From: Octopus vulgaris | Lineage: Eukaryota | Assembly (NCBI GenBank): GCA_951406725.2 | Contig: OX597818.1 | Span: 92,752,001 to 92,816,000, forward strand | Direction of reading: 5' to 3' | DNA: 64,000 nucleotides | Shown here: one piece after another, positions 49,767 through 63,129 of the stretch | How the letters are laid out: the number at the start of each line of letters is the position of its first letter | Numbering within the stretch: the first letter of the stretch is position 1 | Position numbers and translations under genes: made by a program | The notes under the pieces: model-generated | What the model was told of the DNA's origin: nothing | Seen by the model: only the letters and a program-made list of their open reading frames with translations | The model's database searches: none

Positions 49767-50397
49767 TACTTTATATACAATTTCTTGTAACATGAGTGTA
49801 TGCCTGATACATCTTCACCACTGTCTTCTTACTTTTCCAACTGGGGTAATCATGTCTCTCTACCACAGCAAGACACCTGTTTCTGTTCCTTTGTTATACT
49901 TTATCCTCTCATCACCAAGCATAAAGCCACTGCCCTGAATACTACAACCCTCCTCAGTTGAAGGGTTCTCTCTTGCATGTTACTTGGTGATCTCACTGGT
50001 GCTTCCTTTCACTTCCATTAGTAGGGAATAAATAAATTGAATAAAGGACTGTGTAGCCAATTTAAAGCAGTGGACCTTCAAAGAAGATCATCATTATGGA
50101 TGTCCATTCCATTTCATAATTTTTGTTTATGATGTGGAGAATGATGCATAGCATATTAATGCCATCATATTTGATAATAATTCTAAGCTGTATGAAACAA
50201 GAAATGGAAAAGTGGTCAACATTGACTCCTAGAGTAAGGTCTATGTGGATATCCAAGGAATCAAATATCCGAGACAATTCTGAGTATCAAGGGCACCGAA
50301 TTATTATCAGTGTAATTGTTCTTTATCAGTTAGAATTATTATCAATATATTGTTCATTATCAATTTCATTAGGTATTTTCATTAAATAAGAAGTGTC

Positions 50398-51330
50398 TAT
50401 TGCCACTTAAACATGACTGTTCTGTGAGACCCAACACTGCTTTTTTAACCCTAGGAGAACACTTCCTCCTGCTGGTTATTCAATGCAATTTGCACCTGAT
50501 GTACATTGCAAGCAGGGAAGTGAAACCCTGCAACCTTCCAGCCATGAGACCACCAGTCTGTACAGTTTCAACCTCTTTGTGGTCATTCTCAGTGTTGGAT
50601 ACTCACTCATTGAAAATAGCAGTAATTCACTCCAGCTCACAATATATAGAAAAACAAGTGACACACAGTCACTGATCTTGCAACAAACAAATTAGCGAGT
50701 TAGAAAACCTCTATCAGAGATTAATGCGGTAACTATACAGAGATAATGTTTATTGCTACTTAAACATGGCTGTTCCATAAGAACCAATGTTACTACTATT
50801 TTTAACCACAGTAGGATGTTTCCTCCAGCTGATTATTCAATGCAATCTGCACCAAATGTATATTGCAAGCAGGGGAGTGAACCCCTACTGTCTTCCAGCC
50901 ATGAGACTACCAGACTGTATGGTTTTGCCCTCATTATGCTCATCCTCAGTGATGGATAGTCACCTGTTAGAGATAGCAGTAGTTCACTCCAGTTTGCAAT
51001 ATATAGAAAACCAAGCAACACATAGTCACTAATCTTACAATAAACAAATTAGCTAATTAGAAAATCTCTATAGGAGATATATATACCTGACATATATTGC
51101 AAGCACTACAAGACCAGTGATTGTGTTTTCAGAATCACTTGCAATAAATATATTGGGTACAGATTGCATAAGATCAAATAAGCAGCTGGAGGAGGTGTCC
51201 TCCTGGGGCTAAAAACAGCAGTAACATCAGTTCCTATGGAACAGCCACTTTTAAATGGCAATAGAAATGACTTTCCAGTATAGTTATTGCTCTCATCTCT
51301 TATAGAGATTTTCTAACTAGCTAATTTGTT
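50398..51330 (-). repeat. About 355-bp tandem repeat (2 units plus an inverted partial third); each full unit holds a decayed hammerhead
   Basis: Units start near 50398 and 50751; hammerhead motifs at 50550-50598 and 50907-50955; 51137-51330 is the reverse complement of the unit junction. Confidence 0.75.
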
Positions 51331-51484
51331 TCTTTAAATATTACAGAGATGTACTTGCATAGCAAGTGACCTGATCTGAGATCGTGAGCTGGAACGAAAA
51401 CAATTGCAGCGTAGAAGGTGTTTATAAGCCATTTAAGAAACACACAAAAACCTTTAGATTCACTTCAACATTTAAATTTAATTT

Positions 51485-51529
51485 GTCAAAATATTTTCGT
51501 CGCTTTGAGACCGCGACCTGTTCACTGAC
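51485..51529 (-). ncRNA. Candidate variant hammerhead (G3-C8 core) in the loop of an 87-bp-arm fold-back (51400-51631)
   Basis: GTCA-GTGAACA-G-GTCGC(GGTCTCAAA)GCGAC-GAA-AATATT-T-TGAC. Confidence 0.65.
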
Positions 51530-51839
51530 GAAATTCCGTGCTGCACAAATTAAATTTAAATGTTGAAGTGAATCTAACGGTTTTTGCGTGTTTCTTAAAT
51601 GGCTTATAAACACCTTCCACGCTGCAGTTGTGTTCTTTAAATATGATTTTTATCAAAAAGTAGTGAGACAAAAGAAAAAAAGAATTGCTGTTTTCAAATC
51701 AAGAAATCTTTTTATGAATTATTTGTAATTTCACTTTAGAAATTTACATGATGGGAGATGATAAATTATCAACAATTCTATGAACATGTCAATGATATTA
51801 GAGGTTTGCTGATCCTTGGTGTAAAATTAAGGCAAACTA

Positions 51840-52401
51840 TTGGGTTGTCTGGAAAGTTCGTGTCGATTTTTAAAGAAAAGAAAAAGGTCAATAAATACTT
51901 GTCATTACATTTTTAGTCAACCAAATATGAACCATTTTGTTGCACAATGCGTCTCCATCTTTCCTTTAACTTGAAAATACCCTCATCCCAGAAATGAGGT
52001 GGTTCCATGGCAAAGAATTCATCAAGATATCTTTTTACGTCATCCAAGGAATTGAAATTTTTACCATTAAAACTATTCTGCAGAGAACTGAATAAGTGGA
52101 AATCCGAAGGAGCAATATCTTGTGAATATGGAGGGTGCGGTAACACATCCCAGCAGAGCTGCAGCAATTTTTGTCTGGTTCCTAAAGCATCAAGTGCAAA
52201 AAATGAACTTTCTTATCCTCCATTTTAAAGGGTTACAGAATTAACACAGGTTATAGGAACATAAACTTTCTTCCCCGAAAAGATAGCTTAAACTGTGCTC
52301 TAAATGGAGGTGTAGTCAAATCCTATTTTATGGACTCTACCATGTTCTAAAATAAGTCGAAAGCTAAGCTACTATAAATCGGCACGAACTTTCCGGACAA
52401 C

Positions 52402-52405
<4 letters not shown>
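51840..52405 (-). mobile_element. Internally deleted mariner element
   Basis: TA|TTGGGTTGTCTGGAAAGTTCGTG...CACGAACTTTCCGGACAACCCAA|TA; WDVLPHPPYSQDIAPSDFHLF. Confidence 0.88.
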
Positions 52406-52439
<34 letters not shown>

Positions 52440-53229
52440 GTATATAATTTCAATACAACGATGCATCAAAATAATTTAAGACACAAACAATTAAACATAA
52501 CCTAGAAATTCAATATGGAAAAAATGTGAATTATGGAAAAACAAAGCCATAGACTAATATAATATTTAAAAGGGTTTATTCAAATTACTATTGTACATGT
52601 GTTTATACGTTCAAGTTTTAAAATAGCTATCATTACTTGAGGAACTGAAATTTAAATAAATATTAAAAATGAAGAAAATTTCAGCATTTTGTATTACATG
52701 TGTAATACCAAACCTTATATTTTCTTCACTTTGAACTGTTATTTAGATTTTAGTTTGCTGAGGAAATGATGACTACTTTATTATAGTCCTCTGTGAATTC
52801 CAACCCTTCCTCACTGTGGTGCAGAGGTGTAACACAAGCAGAGGATTGCTTACAGAAGCTATACCGTCAGTGATGACGACTTTTTGTCCAAGAATTATCT
52901 TGCATTACTAGTGTGGTGGGCAGATCCTATCAGAACCCTGAAAATGTGGATAACAGGGATCTGGTGTCTTATGACTTTTTATGTTGATGGCATGTCTTTT
53001 TACCAACGGCTGAAGAATTACTTTGCCCAACATCGGTTGGATTTTGAAGCATGGGCGAGCTTAAAGACGTTACCAGACAAACTTAGATTTATGGCATTCC
53101 ACTGCAGCTCTCTTGGGGACCTCAATTTTCATGCAATCTTCGTTGCTATGGAAACCATCCTTATGAAGGCAAAGTTAGTGCATCTGGGGACTGCGTACCT
53201 ACAAATCACCCAAAACAAATCTCTGCTGT

Positions 53230-53517
53230 TTGTTGTTCCTTCTCAAGCCACGTCTGGCTCATAAGGGCCGGTTTCCCGGTTTCCTTGGCGTATAGGATTC
53301 CCCACCTGGACGGGAAGCCGGTCCGTTGCAGGTGAGCTGCAAGGTGCAGGAGGAAAGAGTGAGAGAAAGTTGTGGCGAAAGAGTCAGCAGAAGTTCGCCA
53401 TTACCTTCCGCGTGGAGCTTAGGTGTTTCGCTCATAAACACACACATCGCCCGGTCTGATATTCGAACCCACGATCCCTCGATCGCGAGTCCGCTGCTCT
53501 AGGCCATGTGCCTCCAC
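53230..53517 (-). mobile_element. SINE family B
   Basis: Nearly identical to 15472-15763. Confidence 0.8.
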
Positions 53518-53869
53518 AAAACAAATCTCTGCACAAGCTCTGTCTTCTTTGTTTTTTCTCTCCACTTCAAAATCCTGTGGAGATGGGCTGCAAGTGACAG
53601 AAACAGGAATTGGGTGTTACTGGATGTCTCTAGTTTGTTACCTGCACGCAGATGGTTAGGCAAGATGATCACTGGAATATGAGCGGGGGAACTAAGCATC
53701 CCCCCGGTCCTACTTACATGTCCTGGCAGGCTTATACAGGAATAGCATCGCCTGCCTCAGAAGAGGGAGGGTGTTGAAAAGGTGACTCAAGCATTTCTAG
53801 TCTTCTTTTTCCAGGACAGGCAAGCACACCTGTCTGGCCATCCCATCTGCAGTTGAACAAAAAGGAAAC

Positions 53870-54970
53870 ATCTAATATTTGCAATTAGGAACATCTGAAA
53901 TCTTCAAGATAATAGGAATAATGAGAGATCACAATGCCAAATTGCTCTCATTGTGAATGAACTGAAACAGTAAAACATTGATATCGCTGCTCTCAGTGAA
54001 ACATGATTTGCAAACGAAGGTTCTCTCCCTGAAAAAGGCGAAAATGGCATACAGTTTTCTGTGAAGGCCTCCCAGAAGATATCAATCATAATCATAGTGT
54101 TGGGTTTACAAACCATTCTTCTCTCCTGAAAAATGTACCAGATCTTCCGACGAGAATTAATGAACATCTGATCTTTCTGAGAATACTACTCTCGAAGAAT
54201 AGTTTGGCCACAGTAATTAGTTGACCGTTGGGTCTATCGAATAGAATAAAAATTCATTCAATGAAAAAACTTGACAATGTTTTCCAATCTATTCGTCACT
54301 TGGATGAAATTATTCTCCTTGGTGATTTCAACATTAGAGTTAGTCAGGATTTCCAATCCTATGGTGTCGGAAAACAAAATTCAGGCCTTCAACTACTCAC
54401 ACTTTGTCCAGAGCATCGACTAGTCATCAACACTTCTCTGTTTCAACCAGCTGAGAAGTATGAAACCTCATAGAGATACCTAAGATCTAATACTTGGCAC
54501 TGGCTGGACTATGTTATAATTCGACGAAGAAATATCAGAGATGTTCAGTACACCAGATCAATGGTGAATGCTGGAAGGATCGTGTGTTCCGCTCTAAAAT
54601 GTCTCTCCATCGAAGACCCTTCCACGCTTGAATGTAGATAGCCTTTCTTATAAGCGAAAGCAGAAAGAACTCGAATGAATCTATAACTCGCAATTGAAAA
54701 CCTACATGATCTTTCAACAATACAAAATTCCAATCAACAAGAAATCAACAATCTCTAGGATCTTGCAATATGAATAAGTGAAGTAGTAAGTCTACACTCC
54801 GCACAACTATCAGTAAAAATCCTGACTGGTTCAGTGAATCCTTATCAATAATCAAACCTGTTACTTGCAAAATACAATGTTCACAATGCCTACTTAATGA
54901 ATCCAAGATTCAGAACGCTTCTTCAAAAACAGAAAGAAACCGTCTCTAAAGCACAGTGTATGCTAAGAAA
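53870..54970 (+). pseudogene. Degenerate RTE/BovB-like LINE, APE endonuclease region
   Basis: NIDIAALSET.FANEG, IILLGDFNIRV, PRSNTWHWLDYVIIRR; many stops. Confidence 0.75.
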
Positions 54971-54979
54971 TCTAATATA

Positions 54980-55041
<62 letters not shown>

Positions 55042-55042
<1 letters not shown>

Positions 55043-55840
55043 TAAATGTACCCGTGACCCGTTGGGTTACAACCAGTCAATGTTGAAAATGTCGGTGCGT
55101 GGCGGCAGAGAAAAAGTACTATTTCGAACTTCAGGTAATAAAATTCTTAGATAATACAGTTCTATCTTTGGTATGACAACATAAACATAACCAAGTGTTT
55201 CCTCTTTGAAAACGTTCAAATGGCCTTCAATTTTTTTCCTTGCTTTCTTCTTTGCCATTCTACTTTTCCAAGTGAAATATATGGGTACTTCAGCATCAAG
55301 TAATGTTTTTGCCAAGTCATCATTGATGCACAATGAAAAGAATTCTGTCGATGTTGATCTCATATGTCATTCATTGACAGCCATATATACCCTCATTATT
55401 TCTGAGCAATATTCTCTGTTCATCTGGTTGATGGACTTGCAGTCTCTCTATTTCAGTTGTTCTTTCATGAACTGAAAACCCTAAAACGGATGCTTCGGAT
55501 GGTCCAGTATAACTACCCATTAGATATTGACTAACTTTATTATCGTTGTTTATTTGAACACGTTTCCTTTCAGCGTGTACTTCATGACGTACTTAACTGA
55601 TCTCACTGAGGCAACTTCTTCAACGTTACAGTGACGTTTGAACGCTCTTAAAATAGTTTCATTATAAGGTACAACCCATTTGTTGTTTGTGTTTCCATTA
55701 TTATGAGATTCCACTCCTCCAATTGCAACTGATCTTAGCCTATAAAGAGATAGTCTCTCTGTTTTCTGCCTTTTGATTAAGATGCGAATTTCTACTGTAC
55801 CATCTAGTTTGCCTCCGTGTCCCTGGGGTGAAGTCAGCAT
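55042..55840 (-). mobile_element. Helitron Rep fragment with probable 3' terminus
   Basis: NKWVVPYN..HCNVE..SVKYVMKY..KG; EVPIYFTW; ELYYLRILL; terminal hairpin plus TTAG|T next to (TA)n. Confidence 0.8.
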
Positions 55841-56939
55841 TGTGCTTTTGAAGCGGACTCTCTCTCTCCCCCACTCTCTCTCTCTCTCTCTTTGTTATAT
55901 ATACATAAGTACAGACGTAGTAGATAACAGCTAGCCTTCGGTTGCCCTTTTGGACCCTGTTGTGTCCACTACTCTGATTGGTTTGTATTGGCGCAATTTG
56001 TCTCTTGCTCTATTACGCGCCAATGTGCAACCCAACCAATCGCAGCCTTCTGATAAGGTCCTGTAACACAATCTTTTCTAAATCTCCGTTTGCGCCGATA
56101 GCTTGCTATAAAACTTCAGCGATTCATCTAGTCGAAATCTTTTGGTTCGAGACCTAAGGTCTAACCACTGCCCACAGAGCACACAGCCAATTCCAGCGAC
56201 AACACCAGCAGCCACATTGGAGACTCAACTTCGTCCAACAGCATCAGGACCTCCATCTCTGTCGTCTCCGTCTTAACGTCGTCAACAACATCTCTTTACG
56301 TACACAGCAACCAGCAACCCTCGCTCAGGGTCAACTCCTTACTGTTTGTGAATTACTTCACCAGAAAGAGTTTAGAGTCCTCCTGTTGGTGTACTGAATC
56401 AGTTTTATTTTCTTATGGCTTTTAGTTCCATGTTTCTTGTTATATTAGTGTACTGGTTGTTTGAGCTAAATTTGACAGTTTGCTTAAAAGCAAAAGGAAA
56501 CACAATATCCCATCCAAAATTAAAACTCTTTTATTCTTTTATTTGTTTCAGTCATTTGACTGTGGCCATGCTGGAGCACCGCCTTTAGTCGATCAAATCG
56601 ACCGCATGACTTATTCTTTGTAAGCCTAGTATTTATTCTATCGGTCTCTTTTGCCGAACCGCTAAGTTACGGGGACGTAAACACACTAGCATCGGTTGTC
56701 AAACGATGTTGAGGGGACAAACACAGACATACAAACATATACACACGCATACATATGTATACATATATACGACGGAATTCTTTCAGTTTCCGTCTACCAA
56801 ATCTACTCACAAGGCTTTGGTTGGCCCGAAGTTATAGTAGAAGACACTTGCCCAAGGTGCCACGCAGTGGGACTGAACCCGGAACCATGTGGTTGGTAAG
56901 CAAGCTACTTACCACACTCCTACGCCTATAGAATAAAGG

Positions 56940-57520
56940 AAAACTATTGAAAAAAATCAAAAACCATCAACTAGATTATGGCTGGGAGATAACGGTATAT
57001 TCGAAATAATCGCTCTCAGCTTCCATCACAACCTCAAGACTGCTTTGGAACCTAGTGCGTGTATTCTTCATTGTGTCCCAAGGAAAATCTTCAAATTTCT
57101 TCATCTTGGCCACTAGATCAGCCTTGTTACTGCAGATATAATAATCCATGAGCTTACAATTGTGGAGACTAAGAGGCCAAAAATTGGGGCTGGTGAAGTC
57201 GTAGAAATCCTCCGACAACCGCTCCTGACTCTTTCTCGAAGTATGCCAAAGAGCTGAATCCTGCTGCGACACACCTAAGCCTTCCAGCAGCAACCATCTC
57301 CAGTCAAGGTTTGACCACAGTATCTAAAAGCTTCACATAGCCGTCTGAATTGAGCCCAAGGCCCTGTTCAAATATGAGGGGACGAACTCTGGCGTCCGGA
57401 CGCAGTCAAAATGCTTACTATGTTCCTTCCTGCCGGCCATGGATTCGTGATGTCTGTTGCAGCTGTCCATGTCACGCTTTACAGCCTTTACAGTGTTCAT
57501 ATTCTTGTTCAAATGTCTTT
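56940..57520 (-). pseudogene. Degenerate maT-like (DD37D) transposase fragment
   Basis: QQDS..HTSRKSQ..FWP..MDYY with 37 residues between the two D residues. Confidence 0.7.
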
Positions 57521-57858
57521 AACGATAGTGTATGTCTGTAAATACATACATACATACATACATGCATGCAGACAGACAGACAGACAGTGGGTGGGTTGTA
57601 AAACAAACCGGAAATTGTTACAGTCGGGCAAATTTCGCAAAAATTATAATTGTTTCAACACATGCTGTTTATTGTGCGAATTACGAAAATAACAACTATT
57701 TTTATTGACAAAAAGAATTAATACTAAAAAACAAACTACACAACTTTGAAGATTGATTTTTTTAAATATAATTCCAGCCATTCTCGACGTCCCATCCAGC
57801 GGACGATTACAATTGCTATGTTATAACATTCTTCCCATAACAACTAATTAAATTCATC

Positions 57859-58255
57859 TTAGGCTTAGAGTTTGGTTAGGGCTTGGAATTAAGGTTTGGA
57901 GCTAGAGCTAAGGATTAGGACTTACGATTAAGGTTTAAGATTAGGATTCAGAGTCAGGGCTAATGATTTAAAGTTAGGGTTTAGGGTTGCAGGTTAATGC
58001 TTAGGGTTATGGTTTAGAGTTAGAATTTAGAGTTAAGGTTTGGGGTTTAGGATTAGGAATTAGGGTGTAGGGTTAGTGTTTAGACTTAAGGTTCAATATT
58101 AGGGCTTAGTGGTCGAGTTTAGTGCTTAGGGTTGGACTTTAGGATTAAGATTAAGATTAGTTTTAGGGGTTTAGAGTTGGAGTTTAAAGTTAAGACTTAG
58201 GGTTAAAGTTCGGAGTTAGAATTAAGGTTTAGAGCTTAGGGTCAAGGCTAAACTT
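57859..58255 (+). repeat. Degenerate (TTAGGG)n-like array
   Basis: About 65 hexamer variants (TTAGGG, TTAGAG, TTAAGG, TTAGGA). Confidence 0.85.
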
Positions 58256-58509
58256 AGCTATACATCGTGAAAATTCTTTGTAGAATCATTATTGTTTTCT
58301 TTCATTAAATATTTTCATCTTTAAAAATTGTGTAAAGTTATTATTGTTAATTACTTCAGAGTTATTGAGGTTTACGTAACGTGGTGTCTCCAAATAATTG
58401 TGGTGCTTTTCAAAACATCGTCATGGAGTGAAGAGAATAAATGGGTCTAATTGGTTAAACTTACAAAACAAGTCAGCCATTAAAGATTCATAACTTTATT
58501 ATTATTATT

Positions 58510-58559
<50 letters not shown>

Positions 58560-59327
58560 TATTATTTGCTCTAAAAAATATTTGTAATTTTTGTAATTAT
58601 CAAGAAAAGCTATATCTGCGTAGAAATTTTCTATAAAATTGGAGTTAGTGTGTCAAACTGAAAAGATCCCTAACAATATATAGAACATTCCAGCCTATAC
58701 TCAGTTTGTAACAGCTTTTCTATATTACTCTTTTACTCTTTTACTTGTTTCAGTCATTTGACTGCGGCCATGCTGGAGCACCACCTTTTAGTACTTATTC
58801 TATCGGTCTCTTTTTGCCGAACCGCTAAGTGACGGGGACGTAAACACACCAGCATCGGTTGTCAAGCAATGCTAGGGGGACAAACACAGACACACAAACA
58901 CACACACATATACATATATATACATATATACGACAGGCTTCTTTCAGTTTCCGTCTACCAAATCCACTCACAAGGCATTGGTCGGCCCGGGGCTATAGCA
59001 GAAGACACTTGCCCAAGATGCCACGCAGTGGGACTGAACCCGCAACCGTGTGGTTGGTTAGCAAGCTACTTACCACACAGCCACTCCTGAGATTTTTATA
59101 AAAAACTGAAGTTTTTAGTCTTATGAAAGTAAACTCATAATACGTAAACAGTTTTAATTACTAGTTTGTCAATTTTTTTTCTTAATGAAAGGGAAGAAAT
59201 TATTAAGAGAGGAAACATTGGAGTTAGAAAAAATACTGAATTTGCAAATATTGAAGTGGGCAAAAGAGCCTGGCATATTTTTCTAAAAGAATTTCACGCA
59301 AAAGAAATTAGAACAACAACTATACAA

Positions 59328-59328
<1 letters not shown>

Positions 59329-59391
<63 letters not shown>

Positions 59392-59395
59392 ACAT

Positions 59396-59487
<92 letters not shown>
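59329..59487. repeat. Long (CA)n microsatellite
   Basis: Seen directly. Confidence 0.95.
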
Positions 59488-59493
<6 letters not shown>

Positions 59494-61519
59494 GAACGCT
59501 ACACGCAAAAAATATAAAAATACCAAAGAATGGCGTTGTAGACAAATTACAAACACGAGAGTATCATATTTCACGTTTGTTGTAAGAACCACTGCCCGAA
59601 TCGTGAAAAATTCACAGAAAGTGTTTTTAAAAAAATCTTGTTGAATGTTACAAAGGTCTGCTTTCTGAGAAATATTAAAGTATTTTTTTTTTTAATTTGT
59701 AGAATGTGTTGATTGTAAATAGATAAGACAAGACTGTTATGTCGTGTTTTTTGTAAACTATTCAATTTTAAAGTTTTGTAGAAATGATAAAATTACAACG
59801 AAAACCGTTCTATGTTTGGACTCAGAGGGGAGATGCAAGAGTTATAATCAGCGCGGATGAGTTAAATAAAATTTTCTTCTGGCTTTCAAAGCATGTTTTC
59901 ATTTATTTATTTTTCTTTTATTCTTTTATTTGTTTCAGTCATCTGGCTGCTGCTATGTTGGAGCACCGCCTTTAGTCGAGTAAATCGACCCCAGAACTTA
60001 TTCTTTGTAAACCGAGTATTTATTCTATCGGTTACTTTTACCAAACTGCTAAGTTACGTGGACGTAAGCACACCAGCATCGGTTGTCAAGCGACGTTGGG
60101 AGAACAAACGCAGACACACAAACATATACATATATTTATATGGGCTTCTTCCAGTTTCCGTCTACCAAATCAACTCACAAGGCTTTGGTCGGCCCGAGGC
60201 TGTAGTTGAAGACACTCGCCCAAGGTGCCACGCAGTGGGACTGAACCCAGAACCATGTGGTCGGTAAGCAAGCCACTTACCACACAGCCACTCCTGCGCC
60301 GATTTATTTATTTATTTATTATTTTATTTTTGTAGAGGGGTGTTCTGTTCATGCATTAATTTATTCACTTATACGTAATTTATCTTTTACTCGATTCACT
60401 CATTGTACTGCGGCCATGTTGGAACACCGCCTTGAAAATATGCGTTCAACTGAACTATAATATTGGCTGCATCCATCGCACCTATCCATCCAGCGCGTCT
60501 ATCCAGCCAGCCAGCCATCAAAAACACGCCTTGTCCCCAGTACCAGCAGCCGACAACCAGATACCTGCATACCCACCACCCACCTCTCCAAGCAGCAACA
60601 AAGGCGTCACACTATATGAAGTCATTTGCATCTGTGACTTTCTCAACTTTGATTTTGCTAATAGTTTATCCAGTTCCTTAACTGCTTTTAGTAATTTTTA
60701 TCTCAAAGCTGGTATTCTCATTTTAAGCCATTTTTCTTGTCTCATTTAAACATTGAAGTAAGCCCCTTTTCCTTTCTGTAAAATTCCTTCCCTGAATGAA
60801 ATAAAACTTATTTTCACCCTCGTAACTACCTCCTTCCTCCCGATGATTCATTGGTCTTTCTGCTATTTCTTGTCCAGCTCCATCTCTTATGTAGCTATGT
60901 TCTTCATCTTTACTGTTTTAGTGATCGTGTGTGTGTGTGTGTGTGTCTGTGTGTGTGTCTGTGTGTATTTGTGTGTGTGTTTTGTGCGATGTGTATATTG
61001 TGTGCGTGTTTGTGTGTGTGTATGTGTGTGTGTGTGTGTGTGTAGTGTGTGTATGGTGAGTGCTTGCACGCGTGTGCCTGCATGTGCTTGTGTGTCTGAA
61101 TCTGTCTATCTAGCTATCTATCTATCAATCTTTCTATCTATCTGTCTGTCTGTCTTTCTGCCTGTCTGTATGTCTGTCTGTCTGTATATCTATCTGTTTG
61201 TCTGTCTGTCTGTCTACATCTCCAACCATTTATCAATTTACGTCGTATCTGGGCTAAATTTGATCTTAATGTGTGTCACTTTTTTCAGGAACAGCTAGGT
61301 GAATTGGTGAATAGTCAACGGCGTTGGAAAACATAAAGATTAAAGATATAGAGTATTCGTCTATTCTTTTCTACTCTAGGCACAAGCCCGAAATTTTGGT
61401 GGAGGGGAGCCAGTCTAATAGATCGACACCAGTACACCTCTGGTACTTAATGTATCGACCCCGAAAGGATGAAAGGCAAAGTCAACCTCGGCGGAAGGTG
61501 TATGGATAATGGAAAAGAG

Positions 61520-62175
61520 TTACTTGTATCATGATGATATCAAAATGTTATATTATTACGGCTGCTTCATGCCCTACGAACGTTGTAAAGACTGTAAAAC
61601 GTGCCATGGACAGCTGTAACAGAGACTACGAAGCTGTGACTAGTAAAGAAGGGCAAAACAAGCGTTTTGGCTGCGTCCGCACGCCGTAATTTATCCCCGC
61701 ATCTTTGAATAGGGCCTTAGGCTCAATTCAGACGGCTACGTGAAGCTGCCGTGGACTGTTGTCCCTATCTAGAAAGTTATAGCGGCAGCAGGATTCAGCT
61801 CCTTGCCATATTTCCGGAAAGAGTCAGAAGTGCTTGTCGGAGAATTTCTACGACTGCACTAGCCATAATTTCTGAGCTTCTAGTTCCTCCGATTGTGTGG
61901 GACGCGGTTGATAATGACACCATCTGTTCTGCCTGCAACACCAAGGCCGATCTAGTGGCCAAGATCAAGGAGGTGTTCGAAGATCTTCCCAGAGACACAG
62001 TGAAGAACACATGCGCTAGGTTCCGGAGCCATCTTGAGGTCATGGTAGAAGCTGAGGGCGGCTACTTTGAATACACTGTTATCGCCTAGCCATAATCTAA
62101 TATTATTTTTTAGTTTTGGATAGCATATTGTGTTTTCTTTTGCTTTTATGTAAACTGTCAAATTTAGCTCGAACA
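61520..62175 (+). pseudogene. Second copy of the maT-like transposon remnant
   Basis: Homologous to 56940-57520 (KADLVAKIKEVFEDLPRDTVKNTCARFRSHLEVMVEAEGGYFE). Confidence 0.7.
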
Positions 62176-62177
62176 CC

Positions 62178-62265
<88 letters not shown>

Positions 62266-62465
62266 TCTGCCTGTCTGCCTGACTGTCTGTCTGTCTGTCT
62301 GTGTGCTTGCATAAATGCATACATACATATATAATAACAATAATAATAACAACAACAACAACAACAACAACAACAATAATAATAATTATTAAGCAATTTA
62401 TAATTAATAATTTTACCAAGTAGCTCTGTATGTTAAAAGAACCATTATCGGTAACCTTATACAAC

Positions 62466-62684
62466 AATTCTATAATTATAAGCATAATTATAATTAGGGT
62501 TTAGTAAAATTGTTTCACCACATACCAAAATTTTGAAATAGCAGTTAAATACTATTCTACTACCATAAAATATCTCCCAGACAGCTTATGGTAGCAGAAT
62601 AGTATTCAACTGCTATTTCTAAATTTCGGTATGTTGTGAAGCAATATTGCTGAACCCTAATTGTAATTATGCTTATAATTATAG

Positions 62685-62688
<4 letters not shown>
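62466..62688. repeat. Imperfect fold-back, about 105-bp arms
   Basis: AATTCTATAATTATAAGC...TACCATAA mirrored by TTATGGTA...GCTTATAATTATAGAATT. Confidence 0.8.
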
Positions 62689-62747
<59 letters not shown>

Positions 62748-62966
62748 TTAATAATAAATATTAGGGAATAAATCCACACTTACAGGGAAAAATCAGATTT
62801 AGGATTGAATCCAATTTTATAGTAAAATATTATATTATATTAAATTAGAGATAAAACCACTATTAGGCAAATCATACAATGAAAAACTTAAGCCAATACA
62901 TAAGATTATTTAATTTATATTATTTAAATATATAACAAAATTATTAGAAAAATATAATTAATATAA

Positions 62967-63030
62967 CACTACGATCGTTTCATGGCTGTTAATTTCTTTA
63001 AATTTTCGAGTTACAGTCATTCATCAGGTG
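62967..63030 (-). ncRNA. Type I hammerhead ribozyme (left arm)
   Basis: Mirror image of 63130-63193. Confidence 0.75.
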
Positions 63031-63129
63031 GTTTAAATATTTAACTTGGCGAGGTTTAATCAATGAACTAAAATTTTGAATCAAAATTTTAATTCATTGA
63101 TTAAACCTCGCCAAGTTAAATATTTAAAC

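Noticed and set aside
53620-53800. HDV-like ribozyme in the RTE 5' region
   Set aside because: I could not assemble the nested double pseudoknot by eye.
57859-58255. True telomere or chromosome fusion site
   Set aside because: Highly degenerate, single orientation, internal, and no head-to-head junction.
59166-59585. His/Thr-repeat ORF and similar YI/VC-repeat ORFs
   Set aside because: Translations of (CA)n, (TA)n and (TG)n microsatellites.
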